From: Octopus sinensis
Lineage: Eukaryota
Assembly (NCBI RefSeq): GCF_006345805.1
Contig: NC_043018.1
Coordinates: 22,258,001-22,322,000, forward strand
Direction: 5' to 3'
DNA: 64,000 bases
The notes beneath the pieces were generated by a model, which worked only from the letters and a program-made list of their open reading frames with translations, ran no database searches and was not told where the DNA came from. Position 1 is the first letter of the stretch; the number at the start of each line of letters is the position of its first letter. Below, piece after piece: positions 51,376 through 64,000 of the stretch. Both the position numbers and the translations under genes were made by a program.

Positions 51376-51714
51376 TATATATATATTATATATAATATAT
51401 ATATAATATATATATATAAAGTTCAGCAAAATTTAGATTCAGATGAATATGGTACTTAAGTTAAAGGCACCAGAATTTTGTATAATATTATCCATATAAA
51501 TCAAATGGGGTGATTATAATCAAAATAAGCAACAAGTATATCCGAGGTAATGTGGTACGATCGTTTCATGCTACTTCATTTCATTAGACACTGTAAGTAT
51601 TACATCAGTTTTAAAATGTCGAGCAATCTTCAGTCACTTATAGAAATTTTCCAATCAAACGGACAATGCACATTGTTATTCCTATTTCATTTGCCAACAT
51701 TATAAAGAAGGTAT

Positions 51715-51747
<33 letters not shown>

Positions 51748-51753
51748 TTATTC

Positions 51754-51882
51754 TCCCCGAGGACTACGTTAAGGGTGCACGTGTATGTGGAATGCTCAGC
51801 CACTTGCACGTTAATTTCACGAGCAGGCTGTTCCGTTGATCGGATCAACTGGAACCCACGTCGTCGTGACCGGCGGGGTGTC
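51754..51882 (+). mobile_element. SINE family B 3' fragment
   Basis: ccccgaggactacgttaagggtgcacgtg...cggatcaactggaacccacgtcgtcg. Confidence 0.8.
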
Positions 51883-51925
51883 ACGACGATGATGTGTGTC
51901 TGATTATGTATTCCAGTGTTCACTG

Positions 51926-52131
51926 TTACTCTTTTACTTGTTTCAGTCATTTGACTCTGGCCATGCTGGAGCACCGCCTTTAGTCGAGCAAATCGACTCC
52001 CAGGACTTATTCATTGTAAGCCTAGTACTTATTCTATCGGTCTCTTTTGCCGAACCGCAAAGTTACGGGGACGTATACACACCAGCATCGGTTGTCAAGC
52101 GATGTTGGGGGGGACAAACACAGACACACAA

Positions 52132-52162
<31 letters not shown>

Positions 52163-52529
52163 TATATATATATATATATACATATATACGACGGGTTTCT
52201 TTGAATTTCCGCCTACCAAATCCACTCACAAGGCTTTGGGTAACCCGAGGCTATAGTAGAAGACACTTTCCCAAGGTGCCACGCAGTGGGACTGAACTCG
52301 GAACCATGTGGTTGGTTAACAAGCTACTCACCACACAGCCACTCCTGTGCCTATATATATACATATATACGACGGCTTCTTTCAGTTTCCGTCTACCAAA
52401 TCCACTCACAAGGCTTTGGTCGGCCCGAGGCTATAGTAGAAGACACTTTCCCAAGGTGCCACGCAGTGGGACTGAACTCGGAACCATGTGGTTGGTTAGC
52501 AAGCTACTTACCACACAGCCACTCCTGCG

Positions 52530-52568
<39 letters not shown>

Positions 52569-52731
52569 GACGGGTTTCTTTCAGTTTCCGTCTACCAAAT
52601 CCACTCACAAGGCTTTGGGTAACCCGAGGCTATAGTAGAAGACATTTGCCTAAGGTTCCACGCAGTGGGACTGAACTCGGAACCATGTGGTTGGTAAGCA
52701 AGCTACTTACCACACAGCCACACCTACGCCT
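51926..52731 (-). mobile_element. SINE family A with triplicated head and core module
   Basis: One tail plus three head/core copies (about 52187-52352, 52367-52531, 52567-52731) separated by (TA)n. Confidence 0.9.
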
Positions 52732-53163
52732 GTTATAGGACATTTTCGTGTCCATTGATGACAATAGTAATCCAGTTGGATAGGAGCTGAATAGCTGTTA
52801 TTGGTTTCGTCACTTATACATATATTCATCAGGCAGATTCAAGAAACGTCGAAGCCATAACTCTATTCAACAATTTATTGTTATGTCACGTAATGAAAGG
52901 AATACTTATTGGTTTTCAAAGTGATGTATGGTGCAGCAGTCGATCGACTCCGTGACCTGATTACTAATTTCTTAAAGCATTGAAGGAGAGAACTAAGCTA
53001 AGCGTGGAAGACTATGGTCTTTTGTTTCATGCTTCTCACATACGAGAATTTCAGGTTCAAATCCTCCCAAGGATATACTCCACCTGCCCCCCACACCTCT
53101 TTAGGTGTAACTATATATAAGTGCATGTATATAAGTACACGTGTGTGTGTGTGTATATATATA

Positions 53164-53220
53164 TATAGTGGTTACATATATGCATACATATCTATGTACC
53201 TATGTGTATATGCATATTTG

Positions 53221-53279
<59 letters not shown>

Positions 53280-53470
53280 TTTACATATATGCATACATAT
53301 CTATGTACCTATGTGTATATGCATATTTGTATGTGTATATATATATATATATAATATATATATAGTGTTTACATATATGCATACATATATATGTACTTAT
53401 ATGTATATTTGTATGTATGTATATATATATATATATATATAGTTTACATATATGCATACATATCTATGTA
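53164..53470. repeat. (TA)n-separated tandem unit, about 4 copies
   Basis: tacatatatgcatacatat(c/a)tatgtac recurs between TA tracts. Confidence 0.85.
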
Positions 53471-53852
53471 CTTATTTGTATGTATATATATTATATATAT
53501 GTACATTATGTGTATGTATATACATGTGTACGTGGATATGGGTATATTTCATGTACAAAATTAACAACGACGTCAAGTATATTACAACAACAACAACAAC
53601 AATAATAATAATAATAATAATAACCACAATAAATTCAATAACTGTGAACATCGATATCAAATGACACTGATGCAGCAAGTTGTCGAGATAGGCTGTTGTT
53701 GTTGTTATTATTGTTGTTGTTGCTGCTGCTGCTGCTGTCTGAAAGATTTCCTGTACTTTCTCATCTGAACATTTCTTTATTTCCCTTCTTTCGTTTCCGC
53801 CACTCCTCCCTCTCACACACTTCATATTTTCTGCCGCCGCCGCCGCCGCCGC

Positions 53853-56800
53853 CATCATCATCATCACCATCACGATCATCACCATCATCACGATCATCAT
53901 CATCATCATCACGATCATCACCATCATCACGATCATCATCATCATCACGATCATCACCATCACGATCATCATCACGATCATCATCATCATCACGATCATC
54001 ATCATCATCACGATCATCATCATCATCATCACGATCATCATCATCATCATCACGATCATCATCATCATCATCACGATCATCATCATCATCACGATCATCA
54101 TCATCATCACGATCATCATCATCATCACGATCATCATCATCATCACGATCATCATCATCATCACGATCATCATCATCATCATCACGATCATCATCATCAT
54201 CACGATCATCATCATCATCACGATCATCATCATCATCACGATCATCATCATCATCACGATCATCATCATCATCACGATCATCACCATCACGATCATCATC
54301 ACGATCATCATCATCATCACGATCATCATCATCATCACGATCATCATCATCATCATCACGATCATCATCATCATCATCACGATCATCATCATCATCATCA
54401 CGATCATCATCATCATCACGATCATCATCATCATCACGATCATCATCATCATCACGATCATCATCATCATCACGATCATCATCATCATCACGATCATCAT
54501 CATCATCATCACGATCATCATCATCATCACGATCATCATCATCATCACGATCATCATCATCATCACGATCATCATCATCATCACGATCATCACCATCACG
54601 ATCATCATCACGATCATCACCATCATCACATCATCACCATCACCATCATCACGATCATCACCATCTCATCACGAGCATCATCATCATCATCATCACGATC
54701 ATCATCATCACGATCATCATCACGATCATCATCATCATCACGATCATCATCATCATCACGATCATCATCACCATCATCATCATCATCACGATCGCATCAT
54801 CATCATCACACGATCATCACCATCATCATCACGATCATCACCATCACGATCATCATCACGATCATCATCATCATCACGATCATCATCATCATCACGATCA
54901 TCATCATCATCACGATCATCATCATCATCACGATCATCATCACCATCATCACGATCATCACCATCACGATCATCATCACGATCATCATCATCATCACGAT
55001 CATCATCATCATCACGATCATCATCATCACCATCATCACGATCATCACCATCACACGATCATCATCACGATCATCATCATCATCACGATCATCATCATCA
55101 TCACGATCATCATCATCATCATCACGATCATCATCATCATCACGATCATCATCATCATCATCACGATCATCATCATCATCACGATCATCATCACCATCAT
55201 CACGATCATCACCATCACGATCATCATCACGATCATCATCATCATCACGATCATCATCATCACGATCATCATCATCATCACGATCATCATCATCACGATC
55301 ATCATCATCATCATCACGATCATCATCATCATCACGATCATCACCATCATCATCACGATCATCACCATCACGATCATCATCACGATCATCATCATCATCA
55401 CGATCATCATCATCATCACACATCATCATCATCATCACGATCATCATCACCATCATCACGATCATCACCATCACGATCATCATCACGATCATCATCATCA
55501 TCACGATCATCATCATCATCACGATCATCATCATCATCATCACGATCATCACCATCACGATCATCATCACGATCATCATCATCATCACGATCATCATCAT
55601 CATCACGATCATCATCATCATCACGATCATCATCATCATCATCACGATCATCATCATCATCACGATCATCATCACCATCATCACGATCATCACCATCACG
55701 ATCATCATCACGATCATCATCATCATCACGATCATCATCATCATCACGATCATCATCATCATCACGATCATCACCATCATCATCACGATCATCACCATCA
55801 CGATCATCATCACGATCATCATCATCATCACGATCATCATCATCATCACGATCATCATCACCATCATCACGATCATCACCATCACGATCATCATCACGAT
55901 CATCATCATCATCACGATCATCATCATCATCACGATCATCATCATCATCACGATCATCATCACCATCATCACGATCATCACCATCACGATCATCATCACG
56001 ATCATCATCATCATCACGATCATCATCATCATCACGATCATCATCACCATCATCACGATCATCACCATCACGATCATCATCACGATCATCATCATCATCA
56101 CGATCACATCATCATCATCACGATCATCATCACCATCATCACGATCATCACCATCACGATCATCATCACGACGATCATCATCATCATCACGATCATCATC
56201 ATCATCACGATCATCACCATCATCATCACGATCATCACCATCACGATCATCATCACGATCATCATCATCATCACGATCATCATCATCATCACGATCATCA
56301 TCACCATCATCACGATCATCACCATCACGATCATCATCACGATCATCACCATCATCACGATCATCACCATCATCACGATCATCACCATCATCATCACCAT
56401 CATCATCATCATCACGATCATCATCATCATCATCACGATCATCATCATCATCACGATCATCATCATCATCACGATCATCATCATCATCACGATCATTATC
56501 ATCATCACGATCATCACCATCATCATCACGATCATCACCATCACGATCATCATCACGATCATCATCATCATCACGATCATCATCATCATCACGATCATCA
56601 TCATCATCACGATCATCATCACCATCATCACGATCATCACCATCACACGATCATCATCACGATCATCATCATCATCACGATCATCATCATCATCACGATC
56701 ATCATCATCATCACGATCATCATCACCATCATCACGATCATCACCATCACGATCATCATCACGATCATCATCATCATCACGATCATCATCATCATCACGA

Positions 56801-57579
56801 TCATCATCATCATCATCACGATCATCATCATCATCACGATCATCATCATCATCATCACGATCATCATCATCATCACGATCATCATCACCATCATCACGAT
56901 CATCACCATCACGATCATCATCACGATCATCATTCATCACGATCATCATCATCATCACGATCATCATCATCATCACGATCATCATCATCATCACGATCAT
57001 CATCACCATCATCACGATCATCACCATCACGATCATCATCACGATCAATCATCACATCACGATCATCATCATCATCACGATCATCATCATCATCATCACG
57101 ATCATCACCATCACGATCATCATCACGATCATCATCATCATCACGATCATCATCATCATCACGATCATCATCATCATCACGATCATCATCATCATCACGA
57201 TCATCATCATCATCACGATCATCACCATCATCATCACGATCATCACCATCACGATCATCATCACGATCATCATCATCATCACGATCATCATCATCATCAC
57301 GATCATCATCATCATCACGATCATCATCACCATCATCACGATCATCACCATCACGATCATCATCACGATCATCATCATCATCACGATCATCATCATCATC
57401 ACGATCATCATCATCATCATCACGATCATCACCATCACGATCATCATCACGATCATCATCATCATCACGATCATCATCATCATCACGATCATCATCATCA
57501 TCACGATCATCACCATCATCACGATCATCACCATCATCATCACGATCATCATCACCATCATCACGATCATCACCATCAT
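53853..57579. repeat. 3.7-kb (ATC)n-derived satellite with a cacgat-anchored variant code
   Basis: Units cacgat(cat)n, mostly 12-21 bp, plus cac variants. Flanked by (gcc)n and (att)n. Confidence 0.98.
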
Positions 57580-58481
57580 TATTATTATTCCTTCTCTCCA
57601 CCCTGTCTTCACTGTCTCTTTTTTTCTCCTCTCGTCTCCTCATTCTCTTCCACAACTTTCTTTTAAATTGCTTCTCTCTCTCTCTCTCTCTCCAATTCCT
57701 GTTCTCTTCCCCCCACCCCACCGCCTATACCATCCTTTTTATTCTCCGTCTTCAAGAACCTCTCCATAATCACCAACTCTCCTTGCACTCCTTACTTTCT
57801 CTCCTTCTCCAGATTTAGTTTTAACATGTAAAACCTCTGATGAGTTTCCTTTCACAATGCGAGCGGAAATCCATTTTTTTAAATGCCCGGCACGCAGTTT
57901 AAAGAATATCTTTTTGTCGTTTTTATATTCCAAGGTATTCGTTGGCGGACGGAGAGATGAAGACGATGGGGTTGGCGTATTTTTTTTTATAATATTGATT
58001 TCAAAATTGAAGTAACATAGTGCTAATAACGTTTTTGTTTTCATTTTATTTTCTTTATTTGTTCCACCTCTCATATTGATCAGTTCATAGCAACAATCTT
58101 TAGAGCGAAATAAAAATATAAATGTAATTTTCCAGACATTCCAATTTCAAGCAACTTTCCTGGCAATAGTTAGATGCTATATTACAAATTTCACACTTTC
58201 GTTCCCCCCCCCCTGCTGCTTTACTCTGTCTTCTGTTGGGAGATGTGATTCCTGATATTTTACGAAAACAGGAAATTGAAGGAAGGAGGTATACCGTTGT
58301 GTCCCTCATGCATTTCCCAAGTATAATATATCGAGGGCGCAATCGAATCGAGGTTGTTAATGACTTAACGATTTATGTCCATAGTTCATGAGAAAATACA
58401 GAGGCGCAATGTTTGCAGTTGGATAGGTTATTTATGAGGCAGTGGTAACGTTAGTATTTACCTACCTACTTACCTATCTAT

Positions 58482-58833
58482 TCTTTTGTCTTTTGCTTGT
58501 TTCGGTCATCAGATTGTAAGCCATGTTAGGGCATCTGTCTTCAAGAAATTTTACTCAAATGAATTGAGTCCCATTTACTTATTTTAAAGCATGGCCCTTA
58601 TTCTGTCGGTTTCTTGTGCTGAACCGCTAAGTTACGGGGACGTAAACACACCAACACCTGTTGTCAAAGGTGGTGAGGGACAAACACAGACAAAGATATA
58701 TACAAACAGGCACACATACACACACACAAAGATATATACAAACAGGCACACATACAACACACACAAAGATATATACAAACAGGCACACATACACACACAC
58801 AAAGATATATACAAACAGGCACACATACACACC

Positions 58834-58908
<75 letters not shown>

Positions 58909-59033
58909 GACGGGATTCCTTCAGTTCCTTCTACCAAATCCACTCACAAGACTTGCTCAAAGTGTCACGCAGTGGGACTGAACCCGGAACCATGTGGCTG
59001 GGAAGCAAACTTCTTACCCCACAGCCATGCCTA
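58482..59033 (-). mobile_element. SINE family A, old, with an internal ~36-bp minisatellite
   Basis: Tail and head are recognisable. caaagatatatacaaacaggcacacatac at 58691, 58727, 58764 and 58800. Confidence 0.82.
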
Positions 59034-59059
59034 CATCTACATATATTTTTGTTTTTACT

Positions 59060-59228
59060 CCAGGCACAAGGCTCGAAATTTTTGGATAAGGGGCCAGTCC
59101 CTTAGATCGACCCCAGCACGGAACTGGTACTTAACTTATCAACACTGAAAGGATGAAAGGCAAAGTCGACCTCGGCGGAATTTGAACTCAGAACTTCGCT
59201 AAACATTTTGTCTGCCAGCTTGCTTCTT
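59060..59228 (-). mobile_element. SINE family C, old form
   Basis: ggatgaaaggcaaagtcgacctcggcggaatttgaactcagaac. Confidence 0.75.
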
Positions 59229-59242
59229 CGCAAATAAACTCA

Positions 59243-59641
59243 TCTTTATATATAAAAGTGAAGTTGTGTGTCTGTCTCCTACGATTTAGATTCCTAACTA
59301 CTCCCACATTTTGCGGTGCAGTTTAACCAAAAGCGGGTATCTTATAGTCGGGATTCATATCGAGCCCTTCTGGGTATTAGCGCGCGTCTACGATGAGTCT
59401 ACGATTTAAAAAATAATTTACCATCATTTTTTTCCATTTTAAAGCATTTTTTCGCTATTATATGAGGGAAGTAACTCTCTAAAAATGTCTACGATGAGTC
59501 AACGATTTAAAAAAAAATTTACCATAATTTTTTTTCCATTTTTAATGCATTTTTTTTGCTATTTTTTGGCTATAACTCTCTAAAAATGCTTATATAGTTA
59601 TTTCCCTTACAAACCCGAGCAACGCCGGGCGATACTGCTAG
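59243..59641 (+). mobile_element. Non-autonomous Helitron, variant with internal duplication
   Basis: A|TCtttatatataaaag...cccgagcaacgccggg (59614-59629)...CTAG|T. Confidence 0.88.
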
Positions 59642-60054
59642 TCTTTTAATAAAACAAGATGACTTTTTTACTGTCTTTTATATTACTCTAAGCAAACTTT
59701 TTTATGTGGTTCCACAAACGCAAAAATATTAAATTCAAAGAATCACTTGTTGTGGCGGGTGGGGAGGAGAAATTCACTGTTTTTACTGTAGAAACGTTTA
59801 AGGTGGCGACGTAGTAGAATTGTTAAAACGTCGGAAAAAAATTGCTTTGCTGTATTTCTACCTGTTCTATAGGTTACGATTTCAAATCCTGCAGTGGTCC
59901 ACTTTACCTTTTTAATTACTTCCTGATCAATAAAACAAATAACAAGCCGAGCCCTGGGGTAGATTTAATCGACTACTTCGCCTACCTTCTCCCACTAAAA
60001 ATTAAAGGGCCCTATGCACAAAGTAAAAAAGAATCAGAGCGAAGTTGAACGCAG

Positions 60055-60195
60055 CAAGTCAGAACGTAGAGGCAGACGAAATACCTATTTCTTTACTACC
60101 CACAAGGGGCTAAACACAGAGGGGACAAACAAGGACAGACAAACGGATTAAGTCGTTTATATCGACCCCAGTGCGTAACTGGTACTTATTTAATC
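60055..60195 (-). mobile_element. SINE family C fragment spanning the tail-to-body junction
   Basis: cagaacgtagaggcagacgaaatacctatttctttactacccacaagggg. Confidence 0.8.
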
Positions 60196-60459
60196 GTACC
60201 TATGCTTTCAATTGGCCCTGATGATTGAATATCGTAAAAATTCTTCTCTAAACTTTTGTATATTCTTGAAATAAATCTTCCTTGGTATTGGTAGAAACAA
60301 AATTAAAAGGAATTTCAAGAGTATCAGTGTGTAGGGAACTAACAACCCGAGAAATTTATATTGCCTTTACGAACTTGCAACAATCGATTAGCGTGGTGCG
60401 CATGCGTCTTGAAACCATTGGTGTAGAAACAAACTAGAACTTTTCTAATAGTATTGGTT

Positions 60460-60672
60460 TCAAATTTTGGCACAAAGCCAGCTATTTCCGGGGAATTGAA
60501 TTGTTGATTACATTGATCCCACTGATCAACTGTAATTATTTTATTGACACCGAAGAGATGAAAGGTTAAATCGACCTCAGCAGAATTTGAGCTCAGAACG
60601 TAAAGACGGACGAAATGCTGTTAAGCTTCCTATCTGTCGTGTTAAGCTTCTTATCTGTTAGCTTGCCGCCTT
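60460..60672 (-). mobile_element. SINE family C, old form
   Basis: caaattttggcacaaagcc...gaatttgagctcagaacgtaaagacggacgaaatgc...gcttgccgcctt. Confidence 0.7.
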
Positions 60673-62684
60673 ATAGAACTTTCATAATAGAACTGAGACG
60701 AAAAATTTTACAAAGAATTCCAAAATTTCTTCATCAAACACACGCTAATAATGGTATCCCGCTAGCTTTCAGATTTAACTTTTTGGGAGGTTAGTGTACA
60801 AGCTATGAGAAAGAACACAGCAATGACACACGGCATTGATTTGATATTTCAAAAATTAATACAAAGTGTAGAACATGATAAAATATGTGTACGGGAGGGA
60901 CATATTTCTTTGCCTAAAACATTACCAAGCAATAGTGCCCATCAATCTTTTCTGCTGGGTGTCTTTAAACACTGGAATCACTAGCGTGAAATGTCTGAGA
61001 AAGATTGATTTGCGGGGAGAGTCAAGAAACAAAACATCTTTTGTTTAGCATGTCGAATATTAGGAAAAGACTGAATTACTGTAAGCTTGACAGCAGAGAA
61101 ATGGATGGTCTGCCACAGAGCGAAAAAGAAAGAATAGGAAGAAAATTATGTGATAGAGTTCTTGTGAAAGAATTCCTGGACAGAATTGAGTTATATATCA
61201 TGGACAAAGTGATCGAGTAAAGACTTAATTCGAATAGATTAATGGAGCATTTTCTCTATAAACAGAAAATATTAAACCAGTTCGTTTCCTCTGCTACGAT
61301 AAAAACCGGAACACAAGAGACGAATTTGAACTAATATATTTTCACTGTCTGACTGACGACATTTTATTTTATCTTAGGGTGAAAGTGGGTTATCATCCCA
61401 CAGTAGTTAGATTAGCGATGTTTACAAAGTAAATCTATAGGTTGTACAACAACTTACTGGGATCCGGTGCTTGAAACCCATGTCAGAAAATTCAAAGAGA
61501 TTTAGGAAAGCAAAAATGGTTACAAGTACATTAGTCAGTTTAACCCTATACTGAATTTATTTCGTTTTGCTCCAACCTGGCTTTGAAATCCATACTTTAT
61601 GAAAGATCAGACGTAAAATACCAGTTGATGTAACACCTGATGCCACACCTGTCATTTATACAACGTTTGTTATAAGTTACCTTCAGAGCAAAGGATGTGA
61701 GTTCAAGCTTTTGGAAAGATTTCTATTTCTTGAAAACAGAAAACAGATTCTATGATTGCAAACCTGATAAAGGAAACTAAGTAAAAATAATGTTTTCTTG
61801 GAAGGTCGCCGGAATTTGAATATCAAAATGGCACAAATATGAAAGCCAAATTGTAAGGGAGTGTAGAGAATATTACTTAAAATTCCCCTCTTTTCATCAG
61901 ACCATACATTGAATTTATTGAAACAGATTCAGCAGATCGATTTACTGAAGTGGTTACCTTTTTCTTTTGGGAAAAAGTAAAAGGGTCTATGAAATATTTT
62001 ACAATAGCCTAAAGACTAAAGACACACACTACCTATCAATCATTGTTTCGTTTGTTAATCACCTGAAGGTTAACCAGAATGGATGCCAGAGAAACCCGAG
62101 TCTCAGTGGGTTAGAACCCAATATTCTTATTTATGTTGCTCATAGAAAGTAATTCTCTGTGTTGAGTTGTTTCTTTCCGGCATCCCGTGTTGAAGGCCAT
62201 ATCAGGAATGCCAAAGAAAGCCAAGTAAAGAAATTCGAAATTTGTTAGTTTAATCCCAAAATGAATTATGTCTCGAACTGTACCTGGCGCCAAGTACCAA
62301 GAATGAAGTAAAAGAAGCCATTAGATATATTTCCTTTCAGTTGCATTTTCATGGCCTCCATCTACTTCTAAATTTTTGTTTCCATTAACACAGCAACTTG
62401 GTTTTACAGATGCCACTGTTGATATTGCAGACTACATTGAAATGTCTATTGAAAAACTCTAGAACCTGTGAAAACCATTTGACATTCTGCTGACAGAATC
62501 AAAACACGTCGTTTACAATCAACAAATTGAAATAAAATAAGAAGGGAATGACAGAAAGTGATAGAAACTTTCTGAGGGAAATCAGTCAAGTGGTGAAGGC
62601 CAAACAAAGGACATTTGACACGTAAATGCAGAATCATAATTTCGGAAATCTGTTTTTTTTGTCCTTTTTTTTTGGGCCGTTCTG

Positions 62685-62719
<35 letters not shown>

Positions 62720-63062
62720 AGTCTTACTAAAAGATTTTGAAGCTGCAAAGAAAGTTTCCGATGCTTTTTCATTCCTCTGGCAATTGCTGTCTACATCGGA
62801 AAATCTTTTGGTCAGGAACTACGAGTCATTTGCACAAAATTATAATGTTGATGTAAATAGCGAAGAACTTTAAGACGAATTATTCGACGCGAAAACTTAA
62901 GTACACTGGCACATTTCGAAAATTTCTTCAGAAACTCTTCGGCTTACGCAACAAAGTATACAACTACGACAAAAGAATTTAGAAACTTCGAGAGATATCA
63001 ACTGAATTATATTTTAACGGCAGAACACGAAGTAGATAAAGTTATAAATAATCCTTTCCATG

Positions 63063-63463
63063 AGCACAAGGCCAGCAATTTTAAGGGAGGCCCAAGTCGA
63101 TTATATTCGACCCCAGTATATGACACATTTTATCGATCCCGAAAGTTCCCTTCATCCTCTGTAATATCAAATCAATGCTGTGTTATTCCGCGGTGGATGT
63201 TGAACTCAGAACGTAAAGACGGACGAAATACCTATTTCTTTATTACCCACAAGGGACTAAACACAGAGGGGACAAACAAGGACAGACATAGGTATTAAGT
63301 CGATTACATCGACCCCAGTGCGTAACTGGTACTTAATTTATCGACCCCGAATGGATGAAAGGCAAAGTCGACCTCGGCGGAATTTGAACTCACAACGTAA
63401 CGCAGACGAAATACCGCTAAGCATTTCGCCCGGCGTGCTAACGTTTCTACCAACTCGCCGCTT
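63063..63463 (-). mobile_element. SINE family C, long form
   Basis: Young head-body-tail joined through gaaataggtatttcgtc (63226-63239) to an older body. Confidence 0.88.
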
Positions 63464-63568
63464 TGATAAAGTTAAATAATAGTATGTAGAACATTGGGTT
63501 AGGGCAACCTTAGACTTTCTTCTATCCATGGGATTTTCAAAAACCCAACATTTTACACATCGTTTTAT

Positions 63569-63780
63569 TAAGGCGATGAGCTGGCAGAATCGTTAACGCG
63601 CCGGACAAAATAATTAGCGGTACTACTTCCGACTTTACTTTCCGAGTTCAAATTCCACCGAGACCGATTTCGCTCTTCGCCCTTCCGGGGTTGGTAAAAT
63701 AAGGTACTAATTGAGCAACTGGAGTCAAAATAAACGACTCTCCCGCCCCACCACAAATTTCAGGCATTGTGTTTACAGTA
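63569..63780 (+). mobile_element. SINE family C, old form
   Basis: aaggcgatgagctggcagaatcgtta...gagttcaaattcc...aaatttcaggcattgtg. Confidence 0.7.
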
Positions 63781-64000
63781 GAAAGAATTAATTATAAGCA
63801 TTAATAAATCTCCGAACGAGATATAAACAGTAACCGCTCGACAACGTAAAGTGTACTAGCCATCTGAATGTACCATGCGTTGACGAGAGGCAAATACCTT
63901 GAAACTATAGTCCGTATGTATCACTTAGGTTTTCGAGGGAGGATGACCTCCCTTTGCAAATAACACAAGGGCACTGAAATTGTGTCCAAGGCAAGCTGGA

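Noticed and set aside
53696-57769. 1357-aa ORF, and the overlapping minus-strand poly-Met and poly-Asp ORFs, as proteins
   Set aside because: (ATC)n has no stop codon in any plus frame. The translation drifts between Ser, His and Ile frames at 1-2 nt indels, starts at a TTG in a (gtt)n run, and has no domain or splice context.
61040-62160. Similar SMSNI peptides in ORFs 61005 (+) and 62111 (-)
   Set aside because: A five-residue match with no extended nucleotide inverted repeat, so coincidence.
62446-62772. 108-aa minus-strand ORF with poly-Lys
   Set aside because: The Lys run is a poly-T tract and the remainder has no recognisable motif.

Overview
AT-rich, repeat-saturated eukaryotic intergenic or intronic DNA. 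The SINE families and dense (TA)n/(TG)n tracts suggest a cephalopod, probably Octopus; this is an inference from recall, not a database result. No protein-coding gene, tRNA/rRNA gene or CRISPR array can be supported, and almost every ORF in the track comes from a microsatellite or a SINE. The window holds many copies of four tRNA-headed SINE families, labelled A, B, C and F here. It also has three non-autonomous Helitrons, Tc1/mariner relics, Penelope-like fragments with minimal hammerhead motifs, three long inverted repeats at (TA)n tracts, several local tandem duplications, a 3.7-kb (ATC)n-derived satellite and a CpG-rich 20-bp minisatellite. The leads most worth testing are (1) SINE-C multimers with a 184-bp period inside one TSD and GGT-microhomology 3' ends, (2) the hammerhead-like motifs, (3) closely spaced inverted same-family SINE pairs as possible dsRNA/editing substrates, and (4) the (TA)n-associated foldbacks and duplications. 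I found no convincing new gene system. Coordinates were read by eye and the ends of degenerate elements are approximate.
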